64,000 bases of DNA, from NCBI GenBank assembly GCA_013265495.1, contig MU058423.1:8417627-8481626 (forward strand). The letters are read 5' to 3'. This DNA comes from Vicugna vicugna (lineage: Eukaryota). Of the stretch, positions 12,876-26,575 are shown piece by piece; the stretch's first letter is position 1; each line of letters begins with the position of its first letter. The notes under the pieces were generated by a model. It did no database searches. It was not told the DNA's origin and saw only the letters and a list, made by a program, of their open reading frames with translations. The translations under genes and the position numbers were made by a program.

Positions 12876-13124
12876 ACATTTCTGGATTTCTCTATTTCAT
12901 TATTCCAGTCGCTAAAGTTCAAGGTCACAGTACTGTTTTGATTTCTCTCTTGCTCACAACAATCACCAAGTCCAGTCTGCAATGTTTTTCTCATCTGTTC
13001 AGTTTTTTCCCTTATCAAAAATCACTTGAATTTTGTATTTAATTACCTCCCAAGGAGAGAACATTCTTTTTTAACTTGTCTCCTTGCTTCTAGACTATTA
13101 TCCTAAAGTCCCTCCATGCATTAC

Positions 13125-14050
13125 TTAACTCATTTATTTACCCAAAAAAGTATTATGCAGCACTTTCCGTGTATCAAATAATGGACTCTTCATTGAAGAT
13201 TCGTGTTATCAAATACCTCAGTCTAGTGAAAGAGATTGACATTTACGTAAAAGAATACAGGGCAGTATGATATGTATGTTCAGATACGTATAAAGTTTAA
13301 TAAGATAAACACAGAGTGAGTGATGAACCCTGTCTAGGCGAGGAGGACATGCAAGGCTTCAAAGAGGTCACGATGTTTAAGTTGCATCTTATAGAACAAG
13401 TAATTCTCAGGCAAAGGGAATAACACAGATAAGGACACAAATATGAAAAGCTTGGTATGATGTTCCAAGAATGGTGAATAGAGGGTATGGTGTGACTGGA
13501 GTGTAGTGTTTGTAGGCGACCGTGGCAGAAAGTAAGGGCTGATAGGTGAAAAGAGCCAGAGAATAGGGAATTTGTATGTTATGATTAAGAATTCAAATTT
13601 GGTGCTATAAATAATAGGAAAGCATTATAAAATATTAGAGTGACACGATCAAATGTGTATTTTAAAAAGAACAGCTGATGAATATGGAAGGAAACTGGAG
13701 ATGGAAAGAGACTAGAGAAGATGAGGCAAGTTGGGCACCTTCTTCAACGGTCCAAGCAAGAAGATGATACAGGCGGCAGGAATGTAGAAGAGTCAGATTC
13801 AAGAGATATTTTTGAAGTAGCAGGGCTTGGTAACAGGGTGCTGTCAGTGTCAGGAGTAAAAGAAGTCAAGGAGATAACTCCCAGGTTTCTGGTTTGGCCA
13901 ACTGGAAATATAGTGTAGCCATTCACACAGAAATGAGTATAAAAGGAGACAAATTATGGGAAAAGAGCCTACTTTTGAGCATGCTGACACTGAGGTACCC
14001 TTGTACATACATATATGGAGTTATCCATAAACAGTCAAATATAGATCTTT
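13125..14050 (-). mobile_element. L2 fragment
   Basis: Purine-rich antisense L2 pattern, e.g. GAGATAACTCCCAGGTTTCTGGTTTGG and GTGACACGATCAAATGTGTATTTTA. Confidence 0.65.
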
Positions 14051-14232
14051 AAGTCTTATCACCCTTCCTAAAATATGCTTTAATGGTCACTTCCTGTCTC
14101 AGAACTTTCCCATAGCTTCCCACTACGTGCAGGACAAAGTCCAAATGTTTATCTTCGTACTGAAATTTCTCCACAATCCGGATCTAAGGTACCCTGTAAG
14201 TCTTTACTTCCACTACTCCCATATTGTCTATT

Positions 14233-14429
14233 GTAGTCATTCTCAAAACGTGGTACTGGGACCAGCAGCAGCAGCAGACCCTAGGAATTTGTTAGAAATG
14301 AAATTTTACAGGTACTGCCCGAGACCTACAAAACCAGGAATCAGACTCTGGAGGTAGGATCCAGCAAGCTGTGTTTTAATAAGCCCCCTCCTGGTAATTA
14401 TAATGCATGCTAAAGTTTAAGGACTATTG
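14233..14429. mobile_element. MER5A hAT-Charlie MITE
   Basis: TTCTCAAAACGTGGT...GACCAGCAGCA...TTGTTAGAAATG...TGTGTTTTAATAAGCCC...ATGCATGCTAAAGTTT. Confidence 0.8.
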
Positions 14430-15214
14430 ACATATAGAAACTCTAAAATCCAACAAAAATGGACTACTTGCCATTCACCCAAGTTGCCCCTCTCTTGTCT
14501 CTGACTCATGTCATTTTCATTAAAAGACCTGCATCAGCAGAGCAAGTGTCCACAGACAACAGATTATTAATAACTGACGAACCACATCACTTATTTTGCT
14601 AAAAGTTATCCATTTTCACATTTATATGATCATTCAGTATTCTGAAGAGAATTACATTTGTTAAGTATTACTCAGGCCAAGAATAGTTTTCTCAAAAACT
14701 GTGTTGGTGAAATTTATATAATACCACATGCAAACAAGTCACAGACATAAAACAGACCTATACTTGGAATGTGTACCTAGTCAAAGAAATAACAGTACAA
14801 GGGCTTCCTACAGTTCCTCTGAAAGCAGCTGACAGCCCAAGCAGCTCATTTTGGTTAGAAAATAGAAGAGTGACTTCCCTCTAGCTCATACTTAGAGCAA
14901 ATGCCTGTCGTGGTTTCAGCCTAAGCATTGATCAAAGAGCTTCTTTTCTTTCCTCTCTTCTTAGTTTCACTGGAATTTGAAAATGACAGAACTTTTCTTC
15001 TCACTGGGTTGTTTTAAAAAGATCAGATGGTTTATGAGTCTTAAAATTGCCCTTTCCAGAAACTAGGAGCATAGCAAGTGCACTGACTCACAGGGAGACC
15101 ATCAGGGTTCAAAGCCCAGGGCCATCACCTACTAGGTGGTTATTCTTGGATAACTTAACCTCTGAGTATTTATTTTCTCATTTTTTAAATGGCGATTTAA
15201 AGAATTCAGTAAGT

Positions 15215-15600
15215 GTAGTTCTGGTCCAAGATGTAGGAGACTCCTCCCACGGACACACCAAACCTACAGCTACATGTGGAGCAAGTCTCTCTTAGAGAAA
15301 TCCAAAAATCAGCTGAGTGACTCCTACACACTTGACAAATGAGAAAATATCCACATAAAAATGGGTAGAAAAAGCTGAGACATACCCTTTCCATAAACTA
15401 CATTGCTTGCACAGTGACATACAATAGGGTGGATTTCACAATTCCTAGCTTGTTCCTGAAAAGTGAAGGGTTTGGACCCAACATCTAGTGCTCCAACTTT
15501 AAAGACTCCCACTTGAGGAAAGGATCTCCCCCAAAACCTAGCTCTGAAAGCCAATTAGGCTTACGGCCACGAGACCCAAATGGCTTTAGCAAAAAAGAAA
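15215..15600 (+). mobile_element. L1 5' UTR-like fragment
   Basis: TTCTGGTCCAAGATG...CCTCCCACGGACACACCAAACCTACAGCTACATGTGGAGCAA resembles laurasiatherian L1 5' ends. Confidence 0.5.
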
Positions 15601-15606
15601 CAGTTC

Positions 15607-15718
15607 TTTTTATTTTACAACAATTTTTTAAATTTATTTTTCAATGGAGGCATTGGGGATTGAACCCAGGACCTTGTACATGGTAAGAACATGCTCTACC
15701 ACTGAGCTATACCCACCC
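15607..15718 (-). mobile_element. tRNA-derived SINE (Vic-1-like)
   Basis: GGGGATTGAACCCAGGACC...CTCTACCACTGAGCTATACCC is the reverse complement of the B and A boxes; T-rich tail to the left. Confidence 0.88.
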
Positions 15719-16699
15719 TTTGTTTTATTTTATTTTAACTGAGTTCTAATTGACATAAAACAGAGCCATTTCCTTATAAGGAAACTTCACTTATTTAAGC
15801 TCTCCTCTCTCAGGAAGATTCCCACAAAAGTGACATTACACGGAATCTGACCATCCAAAGGAAGGACCTGAAATGGCACTTTAACACTTTCAAAGCTTTG
15901 AAATACACAAGCCATCATAGACACTCACATCCTGTTATTGGCTCAGATCCAACTACATGAGTATTTTTATTAAAAGAATCATTTTTAATATGCCCACTGT
16001 TAATATAGCAGGAAATTATAGGTTCTAACTCTGATGTGCTTAAAAAGAAATCTCTGTAAGAAAACTGTAAAACACAATTTGGATTCAAAGATGTTTATGT
16101 TGGTTACATTCAATTTTAATTACAGGTGATTCTTTTAGGATTTGCTTTGGGAAAAAAAAGAAACTTGTTGAGAAATTTATAACTGCCATCTACAATGTGA
16201 AAACAGATAAAACAATATAAAACAGTGCATACTATTTTAAAGAATTTGTGAGTAATAACAGTCATTTGTTTTTCAAGCTGTTACTGGAACTGCAAAATAC
16301 GGTCCGTCCGCTTATCACAGAAGAACAGTTGTTCTGTCTCCTTTCCAGTTAACCTCCCACCACTGTACCTGATAACCTTCTCTTCTGTCACCCCCACTAA
16401 TGCCTAAAAACTATTCTTAAATTTTATAGACAATTTTTAAACTATTTTTAAATTTTATATGTCTGTTTCTGTATCTATATCTCTATTTCTGACTCAATCT
16501 CTATCTCTAGATAATTTATCACTATGTCTCTCTTCCTCAGTGTAGATTTTGCCTCAAACTACAATGCTGTTTTTCTTTTTGTAAGAAATTTCCAGTGTTG
16601 GGGAAGTGTTTCCATTTTAAGCACCCACTAATTTATTTCTTGATGCCTTGCAATATAGCCTCCTACTTCACCACCTCTCTAAAGTAACTAAAAGTTCCT

Positions 16700-17143
16700 T
16701 GTCCTGGGTTGAATGGTGTCCCCCCACATTTCACACCCACCCCAGAACCTGTGAATGTGACCTTTTCTGGAAGAGGGTCTTTGCCAATGTAATCAAGTTA
16801 AGATTAGAACATATAAAAACTGATCTTAAATCCAGTGACTGACGTCCTAATAAGAAGAGGGGAATTGGGATGTAGAGACAGACACTCAGAAGGAAGAGGG
16901 CCGTGTGAAGAAGGAGCCAGAAACTGGAGTGACGCAGTGATAAGCCAACAATGCCAAGGACTGCCAGTCACCACGAGAAACTAGAGGAGGCAAGGAAGGA
17001 TTCTTCCCCAGAGCCTTTGGAGGGACCAGGGCCCTGCTGACACCTTGATTTCAGGCTTCTGTCCTCCAAAACTATGATAGAATACATCTCAGCTGTGCTG
17101 TGCCTCCTGGCTTGTAATTGTGAGTCGCTAGGAAACTGATACA
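16700..17143 (+). mobile_element. MLT1 (MaLR) solo LTR, MLT1C-like
   Basis: TGTCCTGGGTTGAATGGTGTCCCC...GAATGTGACCTT...GCTGACACCTTGATTTCAG...CTAGGAAACTGATACA. Confidence 0.85.
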
Positions 17144-17509
17144 TCCTCCTAATCACAAAATACAAGCTTCTTTTTATTCCTCATTTTCCTTGGCTTAAGG
17201 AAGGCTTAAATGTACCTGCTACAGTAAAACTCCTTTACTGGGATCTTCAAGAGCTATTCTCCCTCCATTTTCCTTACTATGGGCCTACCTTACCACGGGT
17301 TTACTCCAAACCTTTGCCCTTTTCATTCTTTCTCCCATAGAACCACTCCTACTCTCGTGATGTCAACTATTGCTTCTACGTAGATAATTTCCAAACCTAA
17401 ATCTTCAACTCTTATCTATCTTTTGAGCTTTAATTCCTACATTTTCAACAACAGTGGTTTTTAAATTCTGTATTTTTTTATTTTATCTTTATTTTTACAG
17501 GCATTTTTG

Positions 17510-17740
17510 TAGTAAGAGCCACATAGCCACTTAATGTGCCAAGCACTTTATATACATTCACTTGCTAATATTCATAACAACCTAATGAAGCCCTTACTAT
17601 TATTATGCCCTGATTTAAAGAAGAGAAAGCTGTGAGAAAGCCCTGAGTGGTTAAATAACTTGTCCAAGTTCCCAATGTCAGTAAGTGGCGGAGCTGGAAT
17701 ACAAACCCACAGTTTCACTTAGCATAGTGAGTCTGACTCG
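17510..17740 (-). mobile_element. MIR
   Basis: GGTTAAATAACTTGTCCAAG...AGTAAGTGGCGGAGCTGGAATACAAACCCA, the antisense MIR core. Confidence 0.75.
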
Positions 17741-18672
17741 TATTTAGGCAACTCAGACCTCTTTGAGAATCTGGTGAAACTATGGTCATTCTCCACAGAA
17801 AAATATGCAAAAAATTTCCCATAAAAATTTAGCGAGTTCTTGTATCTCTTAGAAGTCCACTTGTGGACCCAAGTTAAGAACACCTGTATTGGAAAGAACT
17901 GAATTACTACAAACCTCCCAGTAATAAGAGAAAACAAAAACTGGATTCAACAGCCTTATTTGATTCATTAACTTGATTATCTAGGAAAATATAATTTCTG
18001 CTACAGGCAGCAAATTAGCAGATCTTCATCATAAAGAAAATGGTGACCATCATGCCCATTCATTCAACACAAATTTAATGAATGACACCCAGTCTAGAAA
18101 GGAAAACAAAACATGTAAACAAATAATTACAATATAATGCAATGGTTATGACAGAAGAATAACCTTTGTGGATCTGTGGATAGTAATACAGAAGAATAGG
18201 ATAATGATGAACAAGAGCAGGTTAAAAAAATCATTATAATTGGGAAAAAATAGACATGCAAGAGATGATTAGAGATCCTAACCCAAGGCAGTGGAAGAAG
18301 TAAGAAAGGAGTAGATTCATGGGTTGCCAAAGAGGAAAAAACTGTCCAAGTTTAGAGGCTGATGTATAAGACGAGAAAGAAAGAGAGAGTAATCAAGTAC
18401 AACTCTGAGATTTCTAGATAAGATGATTAGGTGTAAAGATGGCATTAATTAAAACAGGAAAAAAGTAGAGAAGGGAGCTGTGGTCGGGAGAGAAAAAATT
18501 CCATTTGGACATGTCTGGTTTAAGATTGGACTGAGGCAACAATGCAGAAATGCTTACTGGTTGGAAATATAATTAAGAGTTCAGGTAAGAGACTGGGTAA
18601 ATATTCTGGAGTCAAACATATTATGGACATAGTTGAAGAAGTGAAACAGGAAAAATCCAACGGCAAAGGCTC

Positions 18673-19107
18673 TGTAATCAGTCAATGTCCTCCAGAGAAA
18701 CAGAACCAATAGCAGATGTGTGTGTGTGAGTGTGGGTGCGTATTTTAAAGACATTTATTTTAAGGATTGGCTCATGTGATTGAGGGTGCTTGGCACTATA
18801 AAATCTGAAGGGCAGGCGAGGCAGAAATGTTTAGGGTGGGCAGGCCAGCAGGCTGGAAACGTAGAAATTCAGGGAGATATTGCTGCTGCAGTCTTGAGGC
18901 AGAGTTTCTTTTTCTCCAGGAAACCTCAGTTTTTGCTCTTAAGTCCTAATTAGATGAGGCCCAACTGCATTATCTTCTTAAAGCCAACTGATTATAGACA
19001 TTAGCTAGATCTACAAAATACTTTGACAGCAGTATCTAGATTAGTGTTTGATTAAGTAACAGTATACTATAGCCCAGCCGAGTTTACAAGTACAATTAAC
19101 CATCACA
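18673..19107 (-). mobile_element. MLT2 (ERVL) solo LTR inserted in an L2
   Basis: TGTAATCAGTC...CTCCAGAGAAACAGAACCAATAG...ATTGGCTCATGTGATT...AATTAACCATCACA. Confidence 0.85.
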
Positions 19108-20089
19108 GGAGCAAAGACAGCACCCAGCAGTGACTGGAAAAACACAGGTCTGCAAATACCAACAAGTAGGCAGAGGAGCAGAAGAAGGGCTCAAAGAAGC
19201 CAAAATGGAAGAGACCATCAAAAAGATGATCAAAACTGTCAAGTACCCAGGGGTCACATGCTGAAATCAGTTCATGGAACTTGACATTTAGTGGTTCACT
19301 GTGACTTCAGTAAGATCTATTTTGGTGGAATTTAGGGAAGGGAGCAAGACTGCAGTGGATTGAAAAGTGAAAGGCAGTTGAGGAACTAAAGGCCTGATTA
19401 CAGTATGTTAGTAAGAACAATAACTGAAATGTTCTGAAAAACATTTTCCCCTTCCTTCAGTTGGGACGTCTCCACTATCAAATTATGTGGGTCTTCCCCA
19501 AGGCTAAACCCACTCCCTGAGGGGCCACTTGGCAACACGTACAGTCACGGCTATTTAGATGCCAAGCATTATGGAAGTTAACTTCATGTCACAGATGACA
19601 AATTAGACATTACAATGGAAATTTTGATAATACTCTTAAGAGCTATAAAAGAATCAAATCCCTAGAAATTAAAAAATGTACAAAGAAATGTAAATGTATT
19701 CATTATTAAATATTACTTAAAAATCACTGGTAATCTATGGATTATTCTGGTATTAGAAGAGTTTCAATTTTACACGTCCAGTTTTGTTTAATGGTTACTG
19801 ACTGCGTATCATGTGCAAAATATCATGCTAAATATAGTGGAAAGAGGGAAGAGTGGTCAGCAGAGTACAAAAATAAAATATAATCCCTCTCCTTAAGAAG
19901 ATGATTAATTTGCTTTGTTTCTCTTACTTGAATTCAGCCAGGCTTAAAATGTGCTTGGCATTGGAAATAAAGAGAAAAGTAAGACACTAATCAAGTCCTC
20001 TGGCTTTCAAGGATTCATGTCAAACTCAACATCTGTTTATTGATTTGATGGGAATAAAATCTTAGCAAGTTAAAGCTAAGGATGGGCAG

Positions 20090-20310
20090 GATACACAGTG
20101 GTTAAAATCTTTGGAATCAAATGGAGTCAGCGTTCAGTCCCAGACCTAAACACTCTAAACTTCAGTTTCCTTATTTGTAAGATAGACGGTATCACATATA
20201 ATCTCATAAGGCTGTTGTGCCAATTGAATGAGAAAACTTACTTCAAAGCACCTGGTGTGGTGTCTAGCATATGGCAGAAGATTTTTAAAAGTTAGTGGTT
20301 ATTATTACTA
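20090..20310 (+). mobile_element. MIR
   Basis: GTGGTTAA...TTTGGAATCA...CTTCAGTTTCCTTATTTGTAA...CTCATAAGGCTGTTGTG. Confidence 0.7.
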
Positions 20311-20994
20311 AAGTATCTAGTCTAAATCTCTCATTTATTAGCTGATGACCCTGAAACCCCAGAAGAATGTCTAAGGCTAGTGAGCAGACAAGTTAGGGCT
20401 AAAATCCAGAAGGACTTAATGAGGGCGGGGGGTGGGGGGGCAGGCGTCAGTCTTCAGTTCGAGAACTAAGCATTTCCAGACAGACTGCTAAGTAACTGTC
20501 ATAATTCTTCCCTATGCGTTTCATTAGAGTGTAGTTTTTTAAAGCTAAACTTACAGGGAAATACACCTGTTTCAGTATACTTACAATTGCCCTTGAGTTT
20601 TCTTTCTTTTTTGTTCTTTCTCTGTTTCTCTCCTCTGCTATTCTTCACCACAACACAGGGACACAGTCCTTTGCCCGGCTTTTGAAGAATGTTCTGCACT
20701 AACTTACCTACACTCTTCCTGTCTCTTCTCTATTTACAGTGTGGATGAGTCACATGGGTAGAACTGTAACTGAACTACTGATCAATGGGCCAGTCCTTGA
20801 TTTTCATAGTGTCCAAAGGATACAGATGAGCTGCAGAGATTTCCTGGGGGCCTGGGTCAGGCAGTGGAAGGGACATCTGAAGGGGCAGCTAAGAAGTCAA
20901 GATGCTCAGGCCTCACCACGGGCCTCTATTGCATTCCAGCCCATAAATCTTAACTATGCTGCTTTTTCATCCCTTCCTTGCTGATGTCAGGGAC

Positions 20995-21205
20995 AGTGGG
21001 TACCGTGGAAAAGAGCTTACATTTTGGAGTCAGTTGAACTAAGTTCAAATCTGGGTTCTGCCACTTACTAGCTTTGTACCTTTGATTCAGTTACTTTGCC
21101 TTCCTAAATCTTAATACACTTACCTGTAAAATGGACCTTATACTTAGTTACCAGGATTATGGTAAAGGTTAACCAAAATACTGAATGTAAAAAACACCTA
21201 ACTCA
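20995..21205 (+). mobile_element. MIR
   Basis: TTTGGAGTCAG...GTTCAAATCTGGGTTCTGCCACTTACTAGCT...CTGTAAAATGG. Confidence 0.75.
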
Positions 21206-22338
21206 CAGCAAGCTCTTAGCAACACCCCTCCTGTGATCCTGATACTGACTTGACAGTCTGATGCCCATCTCCAGTTTTATTTATTTTTTTATAACTCATT
21301 TCAAAATAAGCATTTAATTATGATGAAGGCACAGACAAGTGGCTTTCCATGTGGTAAAGAAATGATTTTAGATCCCATCACAGAACATAAAATGAAATGT
21401 CATTTTGGAAAATATTGTAGCATGTACAATGGTTTACTAGAGATACCACTAACTCAAGTGTTAAGCAAGAGATTCGCTTTGGGTTAATTTCAGGAATGTT
21501 TTCATTGCAAGTTATGTGTGTGTTGATTTTTTGTTTTTTCCAGTAAATTTATGTACAGTGAAATACACAGATCTTAAGTGTAAAACTAGACAGGTTTTGA
21601 CAAATGTATAAACTCATGTAACTAACAACCAGTTAAGATATCACCTCAGAAAGTTTTCTAGAGCATCTTTCCAGGCAAGTGCCACCCCCATAGTCAACCA
21701 GCTATGATAGTCACCATAAATTAGTTTTGACCATTTTTTTGAAGTTTCACATAAACGGGATCAGGCAATATGTATTCTTTTGTACCTGGTTTCTTTTGAT
21801 CAGTATGTGTCTGATATTCACTCATCTTGCTATGTGAATCAGTAGTTCATTTTTGATTGCCTGTAGTATAGTATTCCGTTATATGACTATATCACAATTT
21901 TTAAAAATCCACTTGCCTTTTGCTGGGTACTTGGGTTGTTTCCAATTTGTGGCTATTATAAACAATGCTACAGAAACTCTTGTACAAGTCTTTTCGTGGG
22001 CATATGCATTCATTTCTCATGGATAAATACCAGGAGTCAAATGGGCTGTCAAAGTAGACACATGTTTTAACTGCCAAAAAGGTCTCCAAAGTCCTTTTTA
22101 CATTCTACTAGTAATGTATGAGAAAATTCAGGTGTATCCTTGTCAACATTTGATAGTGTTAGTTTTTAAAGTTTTAATAGGTATAAAGTGGTATCTCATT
22201 GTTAGTATTAATTTTCATTTCCCTGGTGACTAATTATGCTGAGTACCTTTCTCTTTGCTTACTAGCTGTCAGTAAATCTCTGGTGAAATGTCATTCAGGT
22301 CATTTTAAAAAACTGGGTTGTCTTCTTTTGAATGGTAG

Positions 22339-24192
22339 TGTGAAATTAATAATAATAAAATATATAATATATATATATATATATAAAATATATATACTGG
22401 TCTCTGCTTCTAATTCCTGACACAGAGCTCCTGAAACCCTTGTAAATAGAGGTGCTAAAAGTATTGTTTGTTTTAGTATTTAGTTTTTGACCAGAGTTCC
22501 TGACACAGAGCTCCTAAGAACTTGGTAATTTCCTGAATGATAGGAACAACTTTTGTTCTAATAAAATGACTCTTGGTGGGCTTCTGGATGGGGACTGGTT
22601 ACCTAAAGATCAAGTCATCATCACAAGCTTGGAATTTTCAGCCCATCCCACCCTCTCCTCTTGAATTTAATCAATAAGCATGCCTATGTAATAGACCCTT
22701 CAAAAAGACCCAAAAGGAGGAAATTTGGAGAGGGACTGGAAATGGAGTTAATAATCAATCATGCCTACGTGTTGAAGCCTCCATAAAAATTCCAACGGCA
22801 TGAGCTTCGGAGAGCTTCTGGTAGGTGAACACATCTGTGTGCTGGGAGGGTGGCCCACCCTAATTCCACAGGGACAAAAGCTCCTGTGCTTGGGACACTT
22901 CCAGAAAATGCCCCGTGTCCTTTCATCTGGCAGTTCATCTGTGTACTTTAACGTATTTTATTATGCAATACATTGGTAAAGCGTAAGTGTTTTCCTGAGT
23001 CCTGTGAGTTGTTACAGCAAATAACTGAATCCAAGGAGTGGGTCAGAGAGCCTTGGCTTTGTAACCAGACCAGATAGAAGTTGTGTGTAACCTGCTGTGA
23101 TGCTGTGCTTTGTAATAAAATAAGAAATACGCAGTTGGTCTTTGTCCATGTTCCTGGCACATAGCTCCTAAAATCTTGTAATTGCCTTGCAATATAGAAG
23201 ATCTGTAGAGGCATCTTTTCCTATAGTATTTGGGCTTTTGTCATTGGCTCCTAAAATCCAGGGCCATAAAGTTCAAAGGAGTGTCTTGTTATTCACAAAC
23301 CCCTTTCAACCACACCTGAATTTATGTTAATGAGGTGACTTTTGGAAATCCTAAGGATGGGGGCTGGTTGTCTGGGAAACTCTGATTAGACAGTTAGAAC
23401 TTAATCCTACCACCTGACCTCTGGAGAGGGGAGAGGGGCTGGAGGTTGGATCAATCACCTATGGCCAATGATTTAATCAATCATGTCTATTTAATGGAGC
23501 CTCTATTAAAACACAAAAGGAGGGGATTTGGAGAGATTCTGGGTTGGTGAACAAGTGGCGATGGTGGGAGAGTGGTAAGTGGGCATGGAAGGTTGGTGTC
23601 CTTCCCACAAACCTTGCCCTATGCATCTCTTCCATCTGGCTGTTCCTGAGTCATATCCTTTTTATAATAAACCAGTAATCTAGTAAGTTCTGTGAGCTAC
23701 TCTAGCAAATTAATCAACTGCAAAGAGAAGGTAGTGGGAACCTCCAATCTACAGCCAGTTGGTCAGAAGCACAGGTAACAACTTAGACTTATGATTGGCA
23801 TCTGAAGTGGGGGCAGTCTTGTGGGACTGAGCCCTTAACCTGCGGGATCTGACACTGCCTCCAGGTAGATGTCAGAATTAAGCTAAATTTGTGGGACAAC
23901 CGTTCAGTGTCTGCTGAGAAATGGAAAATTGTTTGGTGTTGGAAAAAACACACACTGTACCTGGGGACCTACTACCTGTGACTGGTGATTCAGGTTGGGG
24001 ACATTCTTGTGCGACTGAGCCCCTAACCTGCGGCGTCTGTGCTAACTGCTTAGTTTCAAAACTGAATTATACAACACTCAGCTGGTGTCACAGGACTGGT
24101 TGATGTGGGGAAAACCCCACACATTTGGTGTCAGAAGTAACATGGCATTACTATTGTAAGAATAAAGTAGAAACAGGGAGTTTTACCTCTAA
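22339..24192 (+). mobile_element. MER21-group LTR (outer copy)
   Basis: TGTGAAATT...GGTCTCTGC...TTCCTGACACAGAGCTCCT...ATCAATCATGCCTACGT...CCCCACACATTTGGTGTCAGAAGT; GTAG direct repeat at 22335-22338 and 24193-24196. Confidence 0.75.
23095..23958 (+). mobile_element. MER21-group LTR (inner copy nested in the outer LTR)
   Basis: TGTGATGCTGTG...TTGGTCTTTGTCC...ATGGCCAATGATTTAATCAATCATG...GTCTTGTGGGACTGAGCCCTTAACCTG; ACCTG repeated at both junctions. Confidence 0.7.
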
Positions 24193-24676
24193 GTAGGATT
24201 TAATTATTTATCCAGATACATGTATTTTGAATACCTTCTCTCTATCTGTGGCTTTTCATTTTCTTAATGACATCTTTGGACGAGAAGAAGATTTTAATTT
24301 TGATGAAGTTTCAATGTATCAACTGCTTTTAGGTTAGGGTTAGTGCTTTTTGGGGCCTTTTATAAGAAATTATTTTCTTGATCTTTATAAAAATCAAGTC
24401 AATAAATGAGAACATATTTCAATTTTAAAGACATTAAAGTTCAGTAAAATATACCTCATAGTTTGCACTGTTTCACCAAGTTTCAAATACAAATAAAAAC
24501 TCAAAGTGATCACATAAAATGCCAGAATTGAAGTAATTTAAGTTCTATTTCTTTGACTTTAAGTCACAATTTATTTCAAATGTATTATTTACACAAAGGC
24601 CTATGTGGTATCACACGAGTTATGAGATGCACTTCAAGAAAGCTCGAATGATTTCTCATCGTTATAAATCCTAAAC

Positions 24677-25013
24677 CAAGAATTGACAATGTTTTTCTAT
24701 AAAGGGCTAGATAATAAATACCTTAGGTTTTGCAGACCATTCACAGTCTCTATTGCAGTTGCTTAACTCAGCTGTCCCAGGGTGAAAGCAGCCACAGACG
24801 ACACGTCAATGAATGAGCATGGCTGTGTTCCAATAAAACTTTATGGATACTGAAATCTGACTTTCACATGTAATTTTCATGTCTTGACATACTGTTCTCC
24901 TTTTGATTTTTTGGCAACCACTTAAAAATGTAAATGCCATCCTGTGCTCACAGGATGTACAAAAACAGGCAGCAGGCAGATCTGGCTTGAGACCTATTGT
25001 GTGCTGATCCCTG
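24677..25013. mobile_element. MER58B-like hAT-Charlie MITE
   Basis: TTTCTATAAAGGGCTAGATAATAAATA...GAAAGCAGCCACAGAC...GGCTGTGTTCCAATAAAACTTTATGGA...GCTGATCCCTG. Confidence 0.85.
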
Positions 25014-26057
25014 GCTAAAGGAAAGTTCATTTTTATTTAATATTCCTTGCTGTCCCCTTTTGTGGGGACAGCTCTGTGGACAACAGAGGTCTCTTATCAG
25101 GCTGCCTAGCTTCGCAGGCTGCAGGCCTGTCTCCCGCCCTGAGTTGTCTTGAGTCTGAGTAGCCTGAGTTGAGCAAATGAAGCTCAGGGTCCACGTGCTC
25201 TTGCACAAATCCCTGGGGCGAAAGTCAGCTTGAATGCTACTTTGTCTCCCAGGCTTTCTGTGTTCGTTTTGCTTTTGGCCTGTGAATTTTTTAAATTTGT
25301 CAATTCACGCATTTTGTCCAGCATCCATTGCTGTTTTCAGTAGGAAGGCTACTCAGAGCACTGCATCCTTCTGTAGAAACAGAGATCATCCAGCCACAAG
25401 TAATTTTTATTCACACTAAAAGCAATGTGTTGTTTCACTCTTTCTTTACTTCATAATTTCTCAACGTTTTAGAGGTTAAAGTAGGGAGATTTTTAGATTT
25501 CTTTGTAGGAGTTATAGTTTATTCCAAGCTAATATCTTTTAAGAGTGTCAATATTGGTAAAATAGATTTAATATAGTTTAGTTTTTTAAGGCACCTGTAA
25601 ATGTAGGCAGAAACCTTAATCAAGATTTAATTGCGATTTATAAACAAAATCTTGATGTATTCTAAATGCCAGAAAGAATTTTAAATTAAGTCAGTAAGAA
25701 ATACCAAATGGAGGGGAAAAAAATCTATTCTAAGGAATAGATTATTTTGTCCATTCAATCTGATTTGTTTGATGGAGGACCTAAGGACTTCACAGGCCAT
25801 CAGCTTTACAAGAAGGATCATTCAAGTTTCATTCTGTTTATATGCTCTTAACGTCCACATGAGCACAATTTCTGAAACATACTCTCTAAACAAAGTTGGT
25901 GTAATCTAATTTAGAAATATTTCCTAATTCTGATATATTTTTCTTTATGGACAGCGTTTGTCTTTGCCAAATGGATATTTATGCTATCAATTTAGTTTTT
26001 AAGTGTCTTTCAGACTTTCAATCTGAACATGAATGCCATGTTCCTTGCCCCATTCCC

Positions 26058-26575
26058 CTTTTGAGAATATTTTAAATGCACTTTCTTAGCAAATTTTAAC
26101 AATACAGGGTTATCAACTATAGTCACTATGTTATGTATTAGATCCTTAGACATTATTATCTTATAGCTGAAGGGCTTTATCCTTTTACAACCTTTCCCTA
26201 TTTCCTGCTACCCTACTCCCCTATCCCCCCCTCCCCCCTGCCCTAGGAACCTACTTTTCTACTCTGTTTCTGTGAGGTTTTTTTTTTAAATAAAAATTAT
26301 ACATATAAATGATACCACGTAGCATTTGTCTTTCTCTGTCTGGCTTACTTCACTTAGCTTAATGTCCTCAAGGTCCATCCATGTTGTTGCAAATGGCAGG
26401 ATTTCCTTCTTTCTCATGGCTGAATAATTCCATTGTATATACTGCATCTTCTTTATCCATTCATCTGTTGATGAGCACTTACATTGTCTCCATATATTTG
26501 GCTAGTATGAATGATGCTACAATAAACACAGGAATGCAAATATCTCTTCAATAACCTGTCTTCATTTCCTTCAAA
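26058..26575 (-). mobile_element. L1MA9-like 3' end
   Basis: AACTATAGTCACTATGTT...TTTGTCTTTCTCTGTCTGGCTTACTTCACTTAGC...CATCCATGTTGTTGCAAATGGCAGGATTTCCTTC. Confidence 0.8.

Larger units (their letters stand above)
21530..24380 (-). mobile_element. L1M 3' region (antisense), interrupted by nested LTRs at 22339-24192
   Basis: Antisense L1 motifs TTGGGTTGTTTCCAATTTGTGGCTATTAT and AAAGTGGTATCTCATTG; resumes after 24196 with TTTTCTTAATG...TTTTAATTTTGATGAAG. Confidence 0.75.
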
